DNA of 63,372 nucleotides, the filler included, from Collodictyon triciliatum (Eukaryota): NCBI GenBank assembly GCA_043381765.1. It is 4 parts of 4 records of this genome, joined end to end, with 100 filler letters (N's around TTAATTAATTAA, not from the genome) between each part and the next. Parts side by side here need not be neighbours in the genome. Positions count along the whole stretch, not along the records: positions 1 to 18,242 come from JBHJMP010001388.1; 3 more parts are not named here. The stretch is one strand, 5' to 3'. Position numbers and translations under genes: made by a program. The notes below the pieces were generated by a model that was not told where the DNA came from, made no database searches, and saw only the letters and a program-made list of their open reading frames with translations. This document shows, one piece after another, positions 1 to 16,860 of this stretch (position 1 is its first letter; the number at the start of each line of letters is the position of its first letter).

Positions 1-300
1 TGTTTGTTTGTTTGTTTGTTTGTTTGTTTGTTTGTTTGTTTGTTTGTTTGTTTGTTTGTTTGTTTGTTTGTTTGTTTGTTTGTTTGTTTGTTTGTTTTTG
101 TTTCTTATTTTATATTTTCGTTTTTTGTTTTTGTTTTTGATTTTGATTTTGATTTTGATTTTGATTTTGATTTTGATTTTTTGTTTTATTGTTTCTTATT
201 TTTGTGGTATTATCCCCTCTATTATATAGGTGATAATACGACAATTTTTTATTTTTATTTTCGTTTTTTTTGTTTTTATTTTTGAGTTTTTTATTCTTCC
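1..300. repeat. (TGTT)n, (TTTTGA)n and T-rich simple repeats; probably the decayed A-rich tail of the adjacent retrotransposon fragment
   Basis: Directly visible; lies 3' of the minus-strand element at 330-625. Confidence 0.9.
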
Positions 301-329
301 TTTCAATTTTGTGCAGGATAGTAGGGGAT

Positions 330-625
330 GTTGGCTTTGGTTCGCTAGCCATTGTTTGCATGGACGCTACTTGGTGGCCGGGTGGGGGAGAAGTAGTCGG
401 TAACCAGGAATTGCATCCTGCGGTTTGGCCTGTAGCCTGGGTCTTGTGCTTGCATGAGGGATACAAGGCGAGGTTTAATATCTTTCTCAGCCTCTTTCCA
501 CATATATCTTCTCACAGGGTCTGAGAAGTAGAGAACATGCAGGTGGCGAAGGAAGCTGTTGAGAAAAGAGAATTGTATGATGTATTCACAAGGCTTTCTT
601 GAATGATTCGTGTGTTTGGTCATCT
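330..625 (-). mobile_element. Truncated 3' fragment of a non-LTR retrotransposon (ORF2 C-terminus)
   Basis: 343-570 aligns by eye with 62668-62893; both encode SFLNSFLRHxHVLYxSDPVRRxMWKEAEKDIxPRLVSLMQAQDP, which in the second copy lies downstream of a zf-RVT-like motif. Confidence 0.7.
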
Positions 626-1446
626 ACCGTTTTCAGATATTAGAATGTATGTACATGCACATCAAAGGCGAGCTTTAGATTTGTTCGCTGCGTCGGTATT
701 GCAAAGTGTCTGTATTATTGCGCATGATTTTCCTATGTTTCAGAAAGTAAAGTAGAGGTTCAGACACCCAAAGGTGTCCTAAAAGCTCTCTTCGAACAAA
801 GAAATAAACAACAAACAACAGACACGGACAAAAAAAAGGATAAAAAAGGCCATATATCATTTGATAAGTTAGGTAAAGAGTTCAGGTGCTCATGCCCTCT
901 ATAAGCGACTCCTACCAAAACCGCTTCGGCGCAGAAACTGAGACCCTAACCTTTCCACCCTATGACGCCACCTGCCTAATTGAGACTCTCCAAAGCCGGG
1001 AAACGTTCTGTGGTATTCTTGCAGATGCCATCATCTCCTCGCGGGGCGAATGCGAATAGAATTATGTATAATTGGTTGGGTATAAAAAGGACGGTGTCAG
1101 AAGCCCGCGAGCACAATCCGAATAGTTGGGAATGCATCCCTCGAAGGCCTGCACTGATTCAGAAAAGATGGAGAAACAGGCACCCTTTTGGCCTGCATAG
1201 GTTATATATCTGCCCCGCCTGCTTCTGATGGCCGGCAGATACATGAGATGTCTGGTTGTTTCGTTAGCTGTCCCTGTTGTTGAGAGATATTCGCCAGGGT
1301 GATTCCTTGTCAGGGTCTACGTAAAAATCCACGACTTGTCCTGGAGCCAGAGAGTGTGTTTGTCTGCGTAAGAAGCATCTAAGTAGACATATATGCCCAC
1401 TGTATCCTCCCAACACGAAGCAGGAGACGCGAGGAATCTTAACCCC

Positions 1447-3073
1447 ATGTCTGCGCCGTTGAGGTACACGGTCTTTTGTGGGTTGAGCCCAGGGAACAAT
1501 CCGAAATATTTGGAGGTGGCTTATGAACTGGGAAAGGAGATCGCGCGTCGTGGATCGCCTTTGGTTTATGGAGGAGGTAAGTTAGGACACCTGACCTGGC
1601 CCTCCTTTCTTTCCACTTGTTCTATTCTGTTTTATCCTGTTTTATCCTATATTTCTTCATTTTTTTTAACAATAACTATTGTGTTTTATTCTGCTTTTCT
1701 TCTTTTGATTCTCTTTTATCTTTTAATTCATGTCCATATTCATCACGATAAATCATTTTGCAGAGATTAAAAGCATCCACGGCGAGTATTTTTGTCTCGT
1801 ATAGTTTTTCGCTTCAAGATTAAACAAGTCGAAAAAGAATTGCACTTAACTTTTGTTGATACCAAGGTAATTCCGGACTCATGGGTGCTGTGGCACGAGG
1901 AGCACGTGAAAATGGAGGGAAAGTAAGACGTATCAATTTTCAATTTAAAAGGAAGACATTAATAATTGTAATTAAGCAATTAAGCAATGCCATTATCACA
2001 GGTGATCAGCATCATCCCAGCTTCATTAATATTCACAGAATCTGGTGAACCTGAGGATGAACGCACCGTCGTTGTAGAAACCATGCATGAGAGAAAAGCA
2101 CTCATGTTCGAGTACTTGGACGCAGCAATCACACTTCCTGGAGGATTTGGTCTTTATTCATTTGAATATAATCTGAAAATAGGATGGACTAGTTAATAAT
2201 ATCCAAATCCTAAAACGTCACACATGTACCACACAATTTTTGTGTACAACAACGTTGATTCAACTGTATGTAATACAAGGATGCTATTTTTTTCTTTTCA
2301 CGTTTCCAAAAGTCACAAATGGCTTTATTCACACAAAGTCAATTCGTAAAAGTGACGTAAGAATTAATCCACTGAAACAAATGTCAGGAACTCTGGATGA
2401 GCTATTTGAATTCACCACTTGGCAACAAATTGGTATTCACAACAAGAAATTGGCTATTTTGAATGTTGAAGGTATGCTGTAACTACTTGCATTCATCTTT
2501 GTCTTTGTCTTTGTCTTTGTCTTTGTCTTTGTCTTTGTCTTTGTCTTTGTCTTTGTCTTTGTCTTTGTCTTTGTATTTGTATTTGTATTTGTATTTGTAT
2601 TTGTATTTGTATTTGTATTTGTATTTGTATTTGTATTTGTATTTAACTTTTTTATATTGGTTGAGTTGGTGCATAAGTAACACATAAAATAACCCAAATA
2701 TATAACATATACCCACACAATTATCTTCCGTGGCTAACTTCATCTGCATTAAGGATTCTACGACCCTCTCATTCAAATGATGGACCGCTCCGTTGAATTC
2801 GGCTTTATCAGCGTATGAATTTTTTTTTCCATTGCAGACCAATCTCAACGCGTGCCCAATATTTTATTGAATTGCAGTGCATTCGCCCTCATCTTTCTTT
2901 TCTCCTTTTGAAAATCTATGAAGCCTCAATCGAGGAGTGCTCTTGTTGTTGGCAAAACAGTGGAGGAGGTTATGGAACTGATTGATGGGCAAGTTCCTCC
3001 CAAAAGCCCAATCACCTGGAAATCATCCCCCTATGTCAACTCTCGCCGGATTCCTGATGAATACTTCCAATAA
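1447..3073 (+). CDS. LOG: LOG-family cytokinin riboside 5'-monophosphate phosphoribohydrolase, about 6 exons
   Basis: VFCG..G, LVYGGG|NSGLMGAVARGA, MHERKALM, PGGFG|TLDELFE, QIGIHNK motifs joined by GT-AG introns; alternative start at 1393. Confidence 0.9.
2497..2645. repeat. Intronic compound microsatellite (GTCTTT)n-(GTATTT)n
   Basis: Directly visible. Confidence 0.95.
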
Positions 3074-3662
3074 ACACGTTGTTGAGATAAGAGATTAGGC
3101 ACATGGCGCGCATGTAGGATGGCCTTTCAAGGAACAAACTATATTGAGTGTCTTGCAAGGAATAAAAAAAATCTTATCATCATAGCGCTTGATATTTTTT
3201 TTTCAACTAACTTAGCCCAGGCCTACGTTCCACAAACCCATGCAATTCTTTTTGTATTGTTTCATTTGATTTCTATCGCACTTAAGAAAAAACTATGTTA
3301 AAACCCGAAGATGAAAAAAAGCGTCGCACTCCGCCCTGGGCTTAACATCTAAATACGGAATTATCCTTATTCGTCCAGGTCTTTTTTTAGGCGAACTTTT
3401 TTTTTTTTGCCTCTAACCTTTAGGCGAAAATTCTCCTTGCGCGAACCGATCCCAGGTCGCCGAGCACATCGTGACTGGAGAAAAGTCGGCTCCGCGGCGC
3501 ATATAAAGGAATCGTCATCGCTGGTAACCAAGTCCAAGAAATCATGTGTCCAGAAGACTCCATGCAAGTATCAGAAGTTCAACTAAGAAAGCCCAGCACA
3601 TTGATGTAAAGGATTAAAAAAAAATATCAACACAGAGCCCAAGAAGCTTTAGAGGACAGAGG

Positions 3663-5277
3663 ATGTCTGCACGATTTGTGTCTGAGGAGACCGAGGAGGA
3701 GGAAGTTGAAGCGGGACCGATGCCGATATCGAAGCTTGAGGTACCAAGAAAGAACTTTCAGAATTCGTTTCTTTCTTTTTTTTTTCGTCCCTTCGTCGAT
3801 TTTTCTGCATGCGCAAAACAAGAAAAAAAAAAAAAAAAGAAATAGGTTCGTAACCTGGCGACAGACTTGGATCAGTCATTTTAACTTTTTTTTTCTTGCA
3901 CCATCAACTTTTCAGCAAAGCGGTATCAGTGCCACAGACGTCAAGAAGTTGCAAGAGGCAGGATTCCACACGGTTGAAAGCATCGCATATTCGACGAAAA
4001 AAGTTCTACTGAATGTCAAGGGCATCAGTGAAGCCAAGGCAGACAAGTTGCTCGCCGAGGCTTCGAAGCTTGTTCCCATGGGCTTCACCACAGCTGCAGA
4101 ATACCACCGACAACGCTCTGAGATTATCCAGATTACCACAGGTTCCAAAGAGCTCGACAAGCTTCTAGGTGGCGGGATCGAGACCGGCTCCATCACCGAA
4201 CTCTTTGGAGAATTTCGCACAGGGAAGACACAGATTTGCCACACTCTCTGCGTCACATGCCAGGTTGGAACACAGCTCAACACCTTACACCGTTGTTATA
4301 ATTGCACATATATTGTATTCCATACTTTATTCTATTAATTATTTTTTTTAATTCCTGGTGAGGGGACTTCTCTGGCTCTTTGTCACTCTGTCTCATTTGA
4401 TCTGTCTATCCAGCTGCCTATGGATCGAGGGGGAGGTGAGGGAAAGGCGCTCTATATCGACACGGAAGGCACATTCAGACCGGAGAGGCTGATTTCCATC
4501 GCTGAAAAGTACGAGCTGAATGGTCAGGACGTATTGGACAACGTAGCCTACGCACGAGCATACAACTCCGACCACCAATGCGCTTTGCTTATGCAGGCCA
4601 GTGCAATGCTCTCAGAGTCCAGGTGCGATCCATATCCAATATCCTTCTCCATTGGTATACTTGCTCCTTTTCAATTCAACCTTGGAGAGAAATCCTGGAT
4701 TGGCCAGCCCGTGATTTATCGTCTTGTTTTTTGATAGATATGCACTTCTCGTTGTGGATAGCGCCACGGCCTTGTACAGAACAGACTATTCTGGCCGTGG
4801 AGAGCTTTCGTCTCGGCAGATGCACTTGGCCAAGTTTATGCGTTCCCTCATGCGCCTGGCAGACGAGGCAAGTGTCTCTTCGTTCTTTGTGGATTCCTCA
4901 CTTTATCCTTATTCTTGCTTCTTCTTTTTTTTTCTATCTATTTATTTGTTGCATTTATGAGTATTTGTATTATTATAATTTTTTTGTACTTTTTATTTCT
5001 TCTTCTGAGATTCATAACCTCTGTGGTTTAGTTTGGCGTTGCTGTTGTGATGACGAATCAGGTTGTTGCGCAAGTGGACGGTGCATCGATGTTCAACGCA
5101 GACCCAAAGAAGCCCATCGGAGGCAACATCGTGGCGCACGCATCAACGACTCGTCTTTCCCTTCGCAAAGGCCGCGGAGAGACGCGTGTCTGCAAGATAT
5201 ACGATTCTCCATGCCTGCCCGAGGCCGAGGCGGTCTTTGGTATCTACAATAATGGAATTGGTGATGCCGAAGCATAA
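3663..5277 (+). CDS. RAD51: DNA repair recombinase RAD51, multi-exon
   Basis: [15 protein letters not shown], Walker [70 protein letters not shown]. Confidence 0.97.
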
Positions 5278-5689
5278 CCGCAACCGTCTCCTCTCTCCTC
5301 TGCTCCTTCTTGTATCTCTCAGATATCATCCTTGAGATATTCATACATGTGTTTTCTCTTTGTCTATTTTTCTCTCTCCTTGTTTTTAATTTGCTTGACT
5401 CCCTCGATATCTGCTCTTTTGATTGGTCTGTCCAAGACGAATTAGGTCGGTCTAGTTTCTTTTTTACATTGGAAACTGCCAGTTTTTCTTTCTTTCTTTT
5501 TTGTTTTTGGACGCGCCATATTAGTGATAGTGGAGGAATAAAAGCTGCATAATATCCTCAGAATGCAAGTAGGCACATCTTATCTGGAAACGTGGGCTGC
5601 ACCACTGTCATGTGGATTTATCTGCTGGCTCCTTGGCTTTGGTTCCATGTTGGGAAACGGCGATTCATGTACAAAGCAGCCCGCGCGGA

Positions 5690-7453
5690 TTAGACAGAGG
5701 CTGTGCGGTTGGGCGTTCTCACAAGGACTCTGGGTTGAGCGGGTGTGCGGTGAGGAGGGGAAGGAAGGTGGATGGGACTGAGAAGGGTTTGGAAGACATA
5801 CCCATTGACAATCGTGGATGAGTGTGTCGGGGCTGCGTGGAGCTGGATGAACGGCAGCGGGAATTGGGATGTTGTCTTCAAGGAGCCCACAAATCCGATG
5901 ACGGTCCTGTTTTGTTTTGTTTTGTTTTGTTTTGTTTTGTTTTTGTTTTGTTTTTGTTTTGTTATTCACCATATCAGAAAGCACACAAAGAGATAGTCGT
6001 TGAACCAGTCGAAGACACCCCATGATATCAAGTAGCCGATGATAATTCCCGATAAATGCCCCTTATTATTACGGTCATTCCGCACATAAATCACAAAAAA
6101 AAATTCACATAAAAAATGATGGACGGCTCAAAGCATACACAAAAAGAAAATCAGTGTGTTTTTTTTTTCTTGATATTATGGCGATTGTATCTCTAAATGC
6201 AACATACTAAGAAGCTTGCTCGTGGAATGATGAGCGATGTGAATATCAGCGACCCAAATGGAGCCAGGCTAACTTGATTTATGATTAGTTGTTATTTTCA
6301 AATAGTATATTGTTTATTTAAAATATTAGCATCAGCGAACAGTGGCAAAAGAAAGTCGATTTGTAGAAAGAAAATATAGAAGAATTCCTTTTGCGAGGGA
6401 ATACAAAGGCCGGAAAGTGGTGAATCGGATGTGGGATTGGTAAAGTACTTGGGAGTTTGATAATCCCGAGTAAGTTTAGCTCGTGGCCAGGAATCTGCTG
6501 CTGCAATATGGTCATCCATCCGAATACAACGCTTTAGGGCAAGTTTGGAGATGTGTGAATCACGACTGAATGTGTGTTGATTATGGAATTCGAATAACGA
6601 CTCGAAGTAAAGTAAGCAAATACCAAAAGCATGCTATCATGCAAAAAAAAAAAAAATACCAGGAATATCCCAGAGCCACTGTATTTTTGTATTGCTCTTT
6701 CGAGAATCTTGTGATTAGAATATGATAGCTCGCAATAACAACTACCATGGAGAGGGTGACTAGGAGATATGTGTACTTGAAGTATGTCATTACTCCCAAC
6801 TAAAAAAAATTGTCGTTGTTGGCGTTGTTGCTCTGGATATTAAAATAAGACCTGACTAGGTAGTTAATGTGTCTTTTTTTTTTCTTTTTTTTTCTTTTTT
6901 TTTTTGCTTCCAAATATTTGCATAGTAGAAGCAGCGTATTAATTGGAAAATAAAGCACAATATATGTGTATACACCAAACGGTGTACCATTCTTTCGATC
7001 ACTCCGCAGGACCACAGAGAACTCATGTTGAATCCCAGATGGATGATGCTCACATGTGAAAATGATGCTGTGATTGCCCTCCAATATTGCTTTTCGGACA
7101 CAAATGCTGGTATATGTAAGGAAAGTACCCAACATTAACGAGATACATAAACCCCGTAAAACATCCCACCAACACCTTACAAACTGTCATGCTTATTTTG
7201 AATGCAAAGTGATACTTATCACCAAGGGCTATTTGACAGAGGCATTCTAATTAACACATCGAGCCTAGCTGGTGAAGAAATGCAAAAAGAATCAGGGAAG
7301 AGAATGATGAGTCAAACCTTGGTAGCTTATGCCAACCTCAGGATAGCCCCAGTTCTTTGAAGTCAGGTACAGCCACACACCAGAGCAGACGGCTATCATC
7401 ACGCTCGTGGCTGGCATCTCGGCAATGTCGTACACTATCGGACGAGTTGGCAT
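5690..7453 (-). CDS. Rhomboid-like intramembrane serine protease (similar to plant RBL13), multi-exon
   Basis: Exons read MPTRPIVYDIAEMPATS, YWRAITASFSHVSIIHLGFNMSSLWS, TVALGYS (catalytic Ser motif), LAPFGSLIFTSLIIPRASFL, GHLSGIIIGY (catalytic His motif). Confidence 0.85.
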
Positions 7454-8177
7454 TCGCGTGCTGATATGTTCTTCTGTCCTGGCCTCTCCTGCTCCCCTTA
7501 TTTTATTTTATTTTTTAAGTTTACTTTTTGTTTTCCTCCTTCTTTATCTTTTGGCTTGCCTCTTTATAATTTTTTTTTTATAGTAAGCAAGCACTTTTGT
7601 CAATTCATCTTGCCACTTCAACACCCGCAAGCAATCAGCTATCCAAAAAGTGCAAACCATCCGATTCTATTCATGGAAAATATTATATAAAGATCTTATG
7701 AGAGGTAATAAAGCTTAATTAGTTTATTATAGTAAAGAGAAAAATATATTATTATTTAATTATATATTGTTTTAATTCACTTGGCTGTGCTTATGGTTTG
7801 GGTGATTGTTATGATGGAATATTTGATAGTGGCGCATCTTTGCTACAGGGAGGATAATTGGACGGAAATTTCCACATATAATGAACAACCTAAAAAATCC
7901 ATCGACGGAAAATATTTGTGCCGTGGATCATTCTGCGGTTTGAGCCAATCGAGATGAATCACACGCATCAGGAATCAATGATGGCCGGTTGGCTTGGACA
8001 AGTGATCGTGTGTTTCTTTTAACAGCGTATGTGGACGATCGGCAGGGTAGTGACTCTCCAGGAGCGAGATCGTAGTATTTATTCGACCAGTCTATTTTAG
8101 AGCCCGTTTTGACTCAAACCATGCTATACGCCAGCTAAAAAGGTGACCATAAAAGAAAGACTGGGACAGTAGATCAC

Positions 8178-11284
<3,107 letters not shown>

Positions 11285-11875
11285 GCGATACATTCAAATA
11301 CGAGAATAAAGATTTGAAAGAAAAAAAGAAACCAACATTTGCGATTCAGAAAACACTTGGTCGCAACAACATATGTATAAAAACCAGTGCAAAAAAACGA
11401 GCATAAATTACTTCGTAGCTCTCTTTCGGGCTTGCGCGGTGCACAGATACACAGACACAGCCCATTCCGCCCTTGCCCTGTTTTCCAGAGACGGTATCGG
11501 ACAGGCCCCAAGTAGGGAACCAATATTCCATTTAAGGCATGGGGAGTTTGTTTCCGGTGGATTTCTTATTTCGTTGGTCGCGGGTTGGAAGCGGGAGGGC
11601 CTTTGTTTCTTAATCAAGAAAGATATCGGGCAAAAGGAACAGAACAGAACCCGGTGATATAACGCATACGCGAACTGAAGAAATCAGTATCCAAAACCCG
11701 CATACGTGTGACTCTGTTGGGGTGCTCAAGGAGTGACTCGGTGGACAATAGTTGGTGAGTGGGCTGTGGCAGATGACTCAATCACAACTAAACACACATA
11801 GCCGATGATGTATTCGATCCCAGGCTTGCTGACGGCGTTAATCGGCCTTGCTTTCATTCTTACAAGGTAACAAAC

Positions 11876-11972
11876 AAACTAAAAAAAACAAAAAACAAAA
11901 AACAAAAAACAAAAAACAAAAAACAAAAAACAAAAAACAAAAAACAAAAAACAAAAAACAAAAAACAAAAAA
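11876..11972. repeat. (AAAAAAC)n microsatellite
   Basis: Directly visible. Confidence 0.9.
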
Positions 11973-12226
11973 GCGCGGGTGCATCGCTTTCATGTTATGT
12001 TCGCGTCGTCTCGCACCTTCCATCTCCTTTTAGTTCAGTTATCCCATATCCTGCTCCTTCCCCTTCATCATTTTGAAGTTTATCCATATTATGAGAGTCT
12101 ATATATCATTTACCTTCGCATGTTCTTCATCTTGATAGTTGCGGCCACGTTCATGAGTTTGTCGACGAGTTCTGCTTCGCTGACGAAGGCGTCCTACGCC
12201 AACTAGACCGAGAATCTGCTGTGGAA

Positions 12227-15200
12227 ATGCTCATTATTCTGAAGCGAGATGTTTGTTCCTCGATCGAATCACAATCGCGGAGTGACGACGCACTTACTCG
12301 GGATAATTCCTTTGAGAAACATAGCAGTGAAACATATGGCATGGGCAGTACAGGCGAAGTACCCCCGGACTCACAAGACGAGATGGGGAATAATGGGGCC
12401 GTACCATTTTTCCATCAAAATCCGGGGTGGAACATTCCCAATGATACGTCTTATTCGAGTCCATCTTCTCCATCGGTCGGCCACAGGGAAATCCTCACAG
12501 AATTTTTCATACTGATGGAGGGAAAAGGCTGGAGAAATCACACGGGCTGGACAGAGCCTCATACATGTTATTGCGCCTGGTATGGAATTGGATGTCTTCC
12601 TTGTAACGAAATGCTGTGCCAGGTAGTCACTTATTTTGGTCATAATTTAAATAAAAATATCTTATTTAAAAAGAGAAAATACAAACAACACAAAACAAAA
12701 ATCACACGAAGGCACATAAAAACACATAAAAACACATAAAAACACATAAAAACACATAAAAACACATAAAAACACATAAAAACACATAAAAACACATAAA
12801 AACACATAAAAACACATAAAAACACATAAGATAAAATGTAAGACATTTCGAGAATGATGTATTTAATTTAAAACATTTACCACTCAGTAATTTGACCAAA
12901 AATTTCCAGATGAACGCATGCCTAGTAAATTCGATGCGATTATCAGAAAATGGTCTCAGAGGCAGATTGGACAATGTCACATCACTGCTGGAAAAACTAC
13001 CTGTGTTGATGTTCTTGGACTTGTCGCTGAACGAAATCGAAGGAACTCTGCCCGAAGTATCATTCCCGAGTCTAATCAGCCTCAATTTGATATACAATTC
13101 TTTGACTGGAGCCATCCCAACGTTTCAAAACACATCATCCATTTTATTCTTACGTGTTGGATACAACAATTTTAATGGGTCATTTCCTGACATCCAACTA
13201 CCCATGGCATTCTTCATCGAAATGAGCAGCAATCATATTTCCGGTAGCATGTCAGACCTTAAAAACATACCATCTACTACCATGTTTTTTGTAAACTTAA
13301 ACAATCTTCAAGGGTCTGTGCCTGACTTTTCGTCTATAAAGCTATCAAAATTTATAATGATGTCGGGTAATAACCTCTCAGGTAGTTTGCCGTCATTTCG
13401 GTACTTGCCAAATTTGATGTTTTTTCACGTCTCAGCAAATCAATTGACAGGTTCAATACCGGACTGTTCCAATATGCCACTATTACTCCGCCTAGATATA
13501 TCCACGAACGAATTTTCTGGAGGTCTTCCTATTGCAAACAGTATACCCCGCGTGATGCAACTTTATGCATTCAACAATAAATTGACCGGAGACATATCAG
13601 TAGTAACGGGTTATACTTTAATGAATACATTATCACTGGCCGAGAACATGCTTGCTGGAGAACTTGAATCGACCCGGTTCATGCCTATTCTGGTTAATTT
13701 GGACTTGTCTGTTAATAACATAACAGGGTCTATTCATGCGTTTTCTTTCAGCCCAGCCTTGCAATCCTTATTATTATTTAGAAATCAAATCACTGGGACG
13801 ATTCCGAATTTTCAATTGCCTAGATTACAATCTCTAGATGTTTCTGATAACAACTTATCAGGGACACTCCCCACATTTGATAAGTTAAAATCACTCTACT
13901 ACTTAGATGTGTCTGGTAACTCTTTACATGGTACATTACCAAAACAACTAGCAACTCTCACATCTCTTGTCGATGCTTTCTTCTCTTCGAATTGCTTTTC
14001 TGGGTCGCTAGACTTCAAATTCTTGTCCCTTCCTTACCTCTCTACATTAGATTTAAAGAGGAATTGCTTTGAAGAAAATCTGGAGACCTTCTACGTCAGG
14101 GAGTGGGACGGGAAAACAGTATTCAATCTTACTTATCTTTCTCTTGACTCCAACAAACTGAGTGGAACTATCGGATTTTATTCATATATACTGTTCCCTT
14201 ATCTTCGAGAGTTCACGATATCAAATAATTCGATTACGGCAATTTCTCCAGCACCATCACTCCGACCATGGAGAAACATAGACATATCAAACAATCCCAT
14301 ATCTGGCTCCATTCCCAACACTTGGAATCTGTTTTCCAAATTATCCTTACTGAATGTCACAGAAACGAAACTCTCCTGGAATAAAACTCAAAGCCTTCCT
14401 CCTTTTCTGATGCCATCAAAGCAGTTTCAAATCCAAACACCAGACTCTAACTTTATGTGCCCCAATATTGTGGGCACTAAATTGGGCACGACTGTGTATA
14501 TGGACCCAAGCTATTACAACTACAAATTCTGTCGCTGCTTGCCCAATCACTATGGGGAAGGGAGTCAGTGCTATGACTGCCCGTCTGCATGTGAGTGCTT
14601 GGGTGGCTCAAATATAACAGGATGTTTTCCAGTCATTTCCAAAAGTACAAGTAGAGCGTTACTCATCCAATGTCCGATGAAATCAGCTTGTAACCCATCT
14701 GCTGAGGAGGAATTCAAGTGCGAGAAAGGATATGAAGGGCGCCTTTGCTCCCGATGTTCTTCAGGCTATCACCAGCAAGGGCGGGAATGCATCGAGTGTT
14801 TGTCATTCTATCGATACTTTATTCCTGTTGCATACCCTATTGGAATAATAGCGCTAGTATGTTACTTGATATGGACTCCACCAAGAGCTACAGGTAAGAA
14901 GAAAAATTGTACTTTGAATAGTATCATATACAATATACTTGTGGCGATTCTTTTTTTTTGGTTTTGTTTTCTCTGCCCCAAAACACTGACTGAATTAGCT
15001 CAAACGCATATATGCTAACATATAGGGTCAATCAAAATATTCTTGTTTTATCTCCAGACATTATCAATATTGTCAACAATATACATGAACATCGGTGGGA
15101 TAACATCCTTTGTGGAAACATCTTTCGCAATATCAAGTTTGAATTTCCCCCTTATTCCATGCTTAATTGAAGAGCCAGGAATTGTAATCGTTACACTATT

Positions 15201-16860
15201 CAGTTACATGAGACTTCCGGTAATTGCGTTCTTTTTCTTCACTGGCTACCTAATCCTTAGCGATGAAAACAAAGACAAGGTAGTTTCTTGATGTTCTGAA
15301 AAAAAATCATCGTTTCTTTTCTTTTCTGTTGGTGAGATGGAAAACAATCTTGTGTTTTATTTCACGAAATATACTTTGAACCAAAACGTTAATGGATTTA
15401 TTGTTCACAACACAATTTCTAAAAACCACTCATAATATGTAAAACCTACATAGCTGGTATTCGTCATTCTATTCATGCTCCAGACGACATACTATGGAAT
15501 AAGTCGGGAGACATTTGGGACGTTCGGTTGCACTCTTTATGACCCATCCTCCGATGCATACTTTTTAAACTCCATTCCGTGGGTTCAGTGCAACCCAATA
15601 TCTGGAGAATACGGGCAGCTTCTAAAAATTTCCATACCCACGATGGTTCTGTATGTTTTATTGCTCCCAATTATTTTTTATGCTTTGCTTCAATCCATTC
15701 GGGATACAAAGAAGACAGACAAGGTTCAGAGAAGATATGGATTCCTCTATGTGTCTTTCCAAGAGGTAAATCCAAATCATCAATATTCCAAACATACTTT
15801 ATCATGATAGAAATGAGAAAAGAAATGAGAAAAGAAATGAAAAAAGAAAAGAAAAAAGAAAAGAAAAAGAAAAAAGAAAAGAAAAAAGAAAAGAAAAAAG
15901 AAAAGAAAAAAGAAAAGAAAAAAGAAAAGTTGATGGGGTATTCATCTTTCATTTTGATTATTTGTTAAGAGCACATTTACGGTTTTAATATTTATGGGTG
16001 ACTTGGTGGAATAATGTTGCAGATGTTTTATTTATATGATTTGTCGACATAAAAGGACTATCACTACTGGGAGATATACATTATGCTACGCAGGCTCGTG
16101 TTCAGTATGATTATGTCTGTTGTGCCATACACAGAGCCCACTGGACTCTTTGTCCTTATCTTCATCTTGCTTCAGGTACGCAAACATATCTAAATGATAC
16201 TTGTCACACATTAACATCAAAATTTATAATCAAATTTAATGAACGACTCACTAGAACATTTTTTTCTTTGCTAAAAGAACGAAATTCATGATTTGAGAGA
16301 ATTACACTGCATGATTCACATGAAAATAACACTACCTTTTCATCGCTAAAACTAACACATAAACCCTGTCTTTCACTCTGTCGAAAAAAAAGGTTTCCAT
16401 CTGGGTGCAACAATGGTGCTCTCCTTATGCACGCCCCATCGACAACCGCCTCGAGACATGGAGCCTTTATGTCATCTACTTTTCATTCTTTGGAGGAATC
16501 CTCGGCTCCTTCTACAAAGTGGCCTCGTGGCTGCCCCGCACCATCGTTTCCCTCAACGCCATCACCATCCTTGTGTTTCTGTACTACATTCTTGGTGTTC
16601 CCACATTGAGGTTCTTTCGTGACGTTTTTCGTTCAAAGGGACTCTTTTCTATCGAGAATCTCCCGGTCAGCAGCCCATCAACACCGGCCCCGTTCAGCAG
16701 CATCACTTCTATTGTGCCCGAATCTGCAGCCCACGAACTCAGTGATGACACGGGCAAAGCTATGCACAATAACAATTCGCTCACAGAGAACTCCCCACAT
16801 GCGATGTCTACATCCATCGTTTCAGTTGCAAAGCCTGCGTGGGTCTCTAAGATGGAGTGA
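12227..16860 (+). CDS. Receptor-like protein: LRR N-cap, many plant-type LRRs, Cys-rich region, multi-pass TM domain; 5' end uncertain (may start near 12.0 kb)
   Basis: GWRNHTGW...CAWYGIGC cap; repeated LxxLDLSxNxLxGxxP; CEKGYEGRLCSRC; hydrophobic segments plus RRYGFLY, YYWEIYIMLRRL and PYARPIDNRLE motifs. Confidence 0.85.
12713..12829. repeat. Intronic 10-bp tandem repeat (AAAACACATA)n
   Basis: Directly visible, about 11 copies. Confidence 0.95.
15808..15929. repeat. Intronic (AAAGAAAAAGAA)-type purine repeat
   Basis: Directly visible. Confidence 0.9.

Noticed and set aside
675-1400. Short ORFs upstream of LOG
   Set aside because: No coherent exon chain or recognisable domain.
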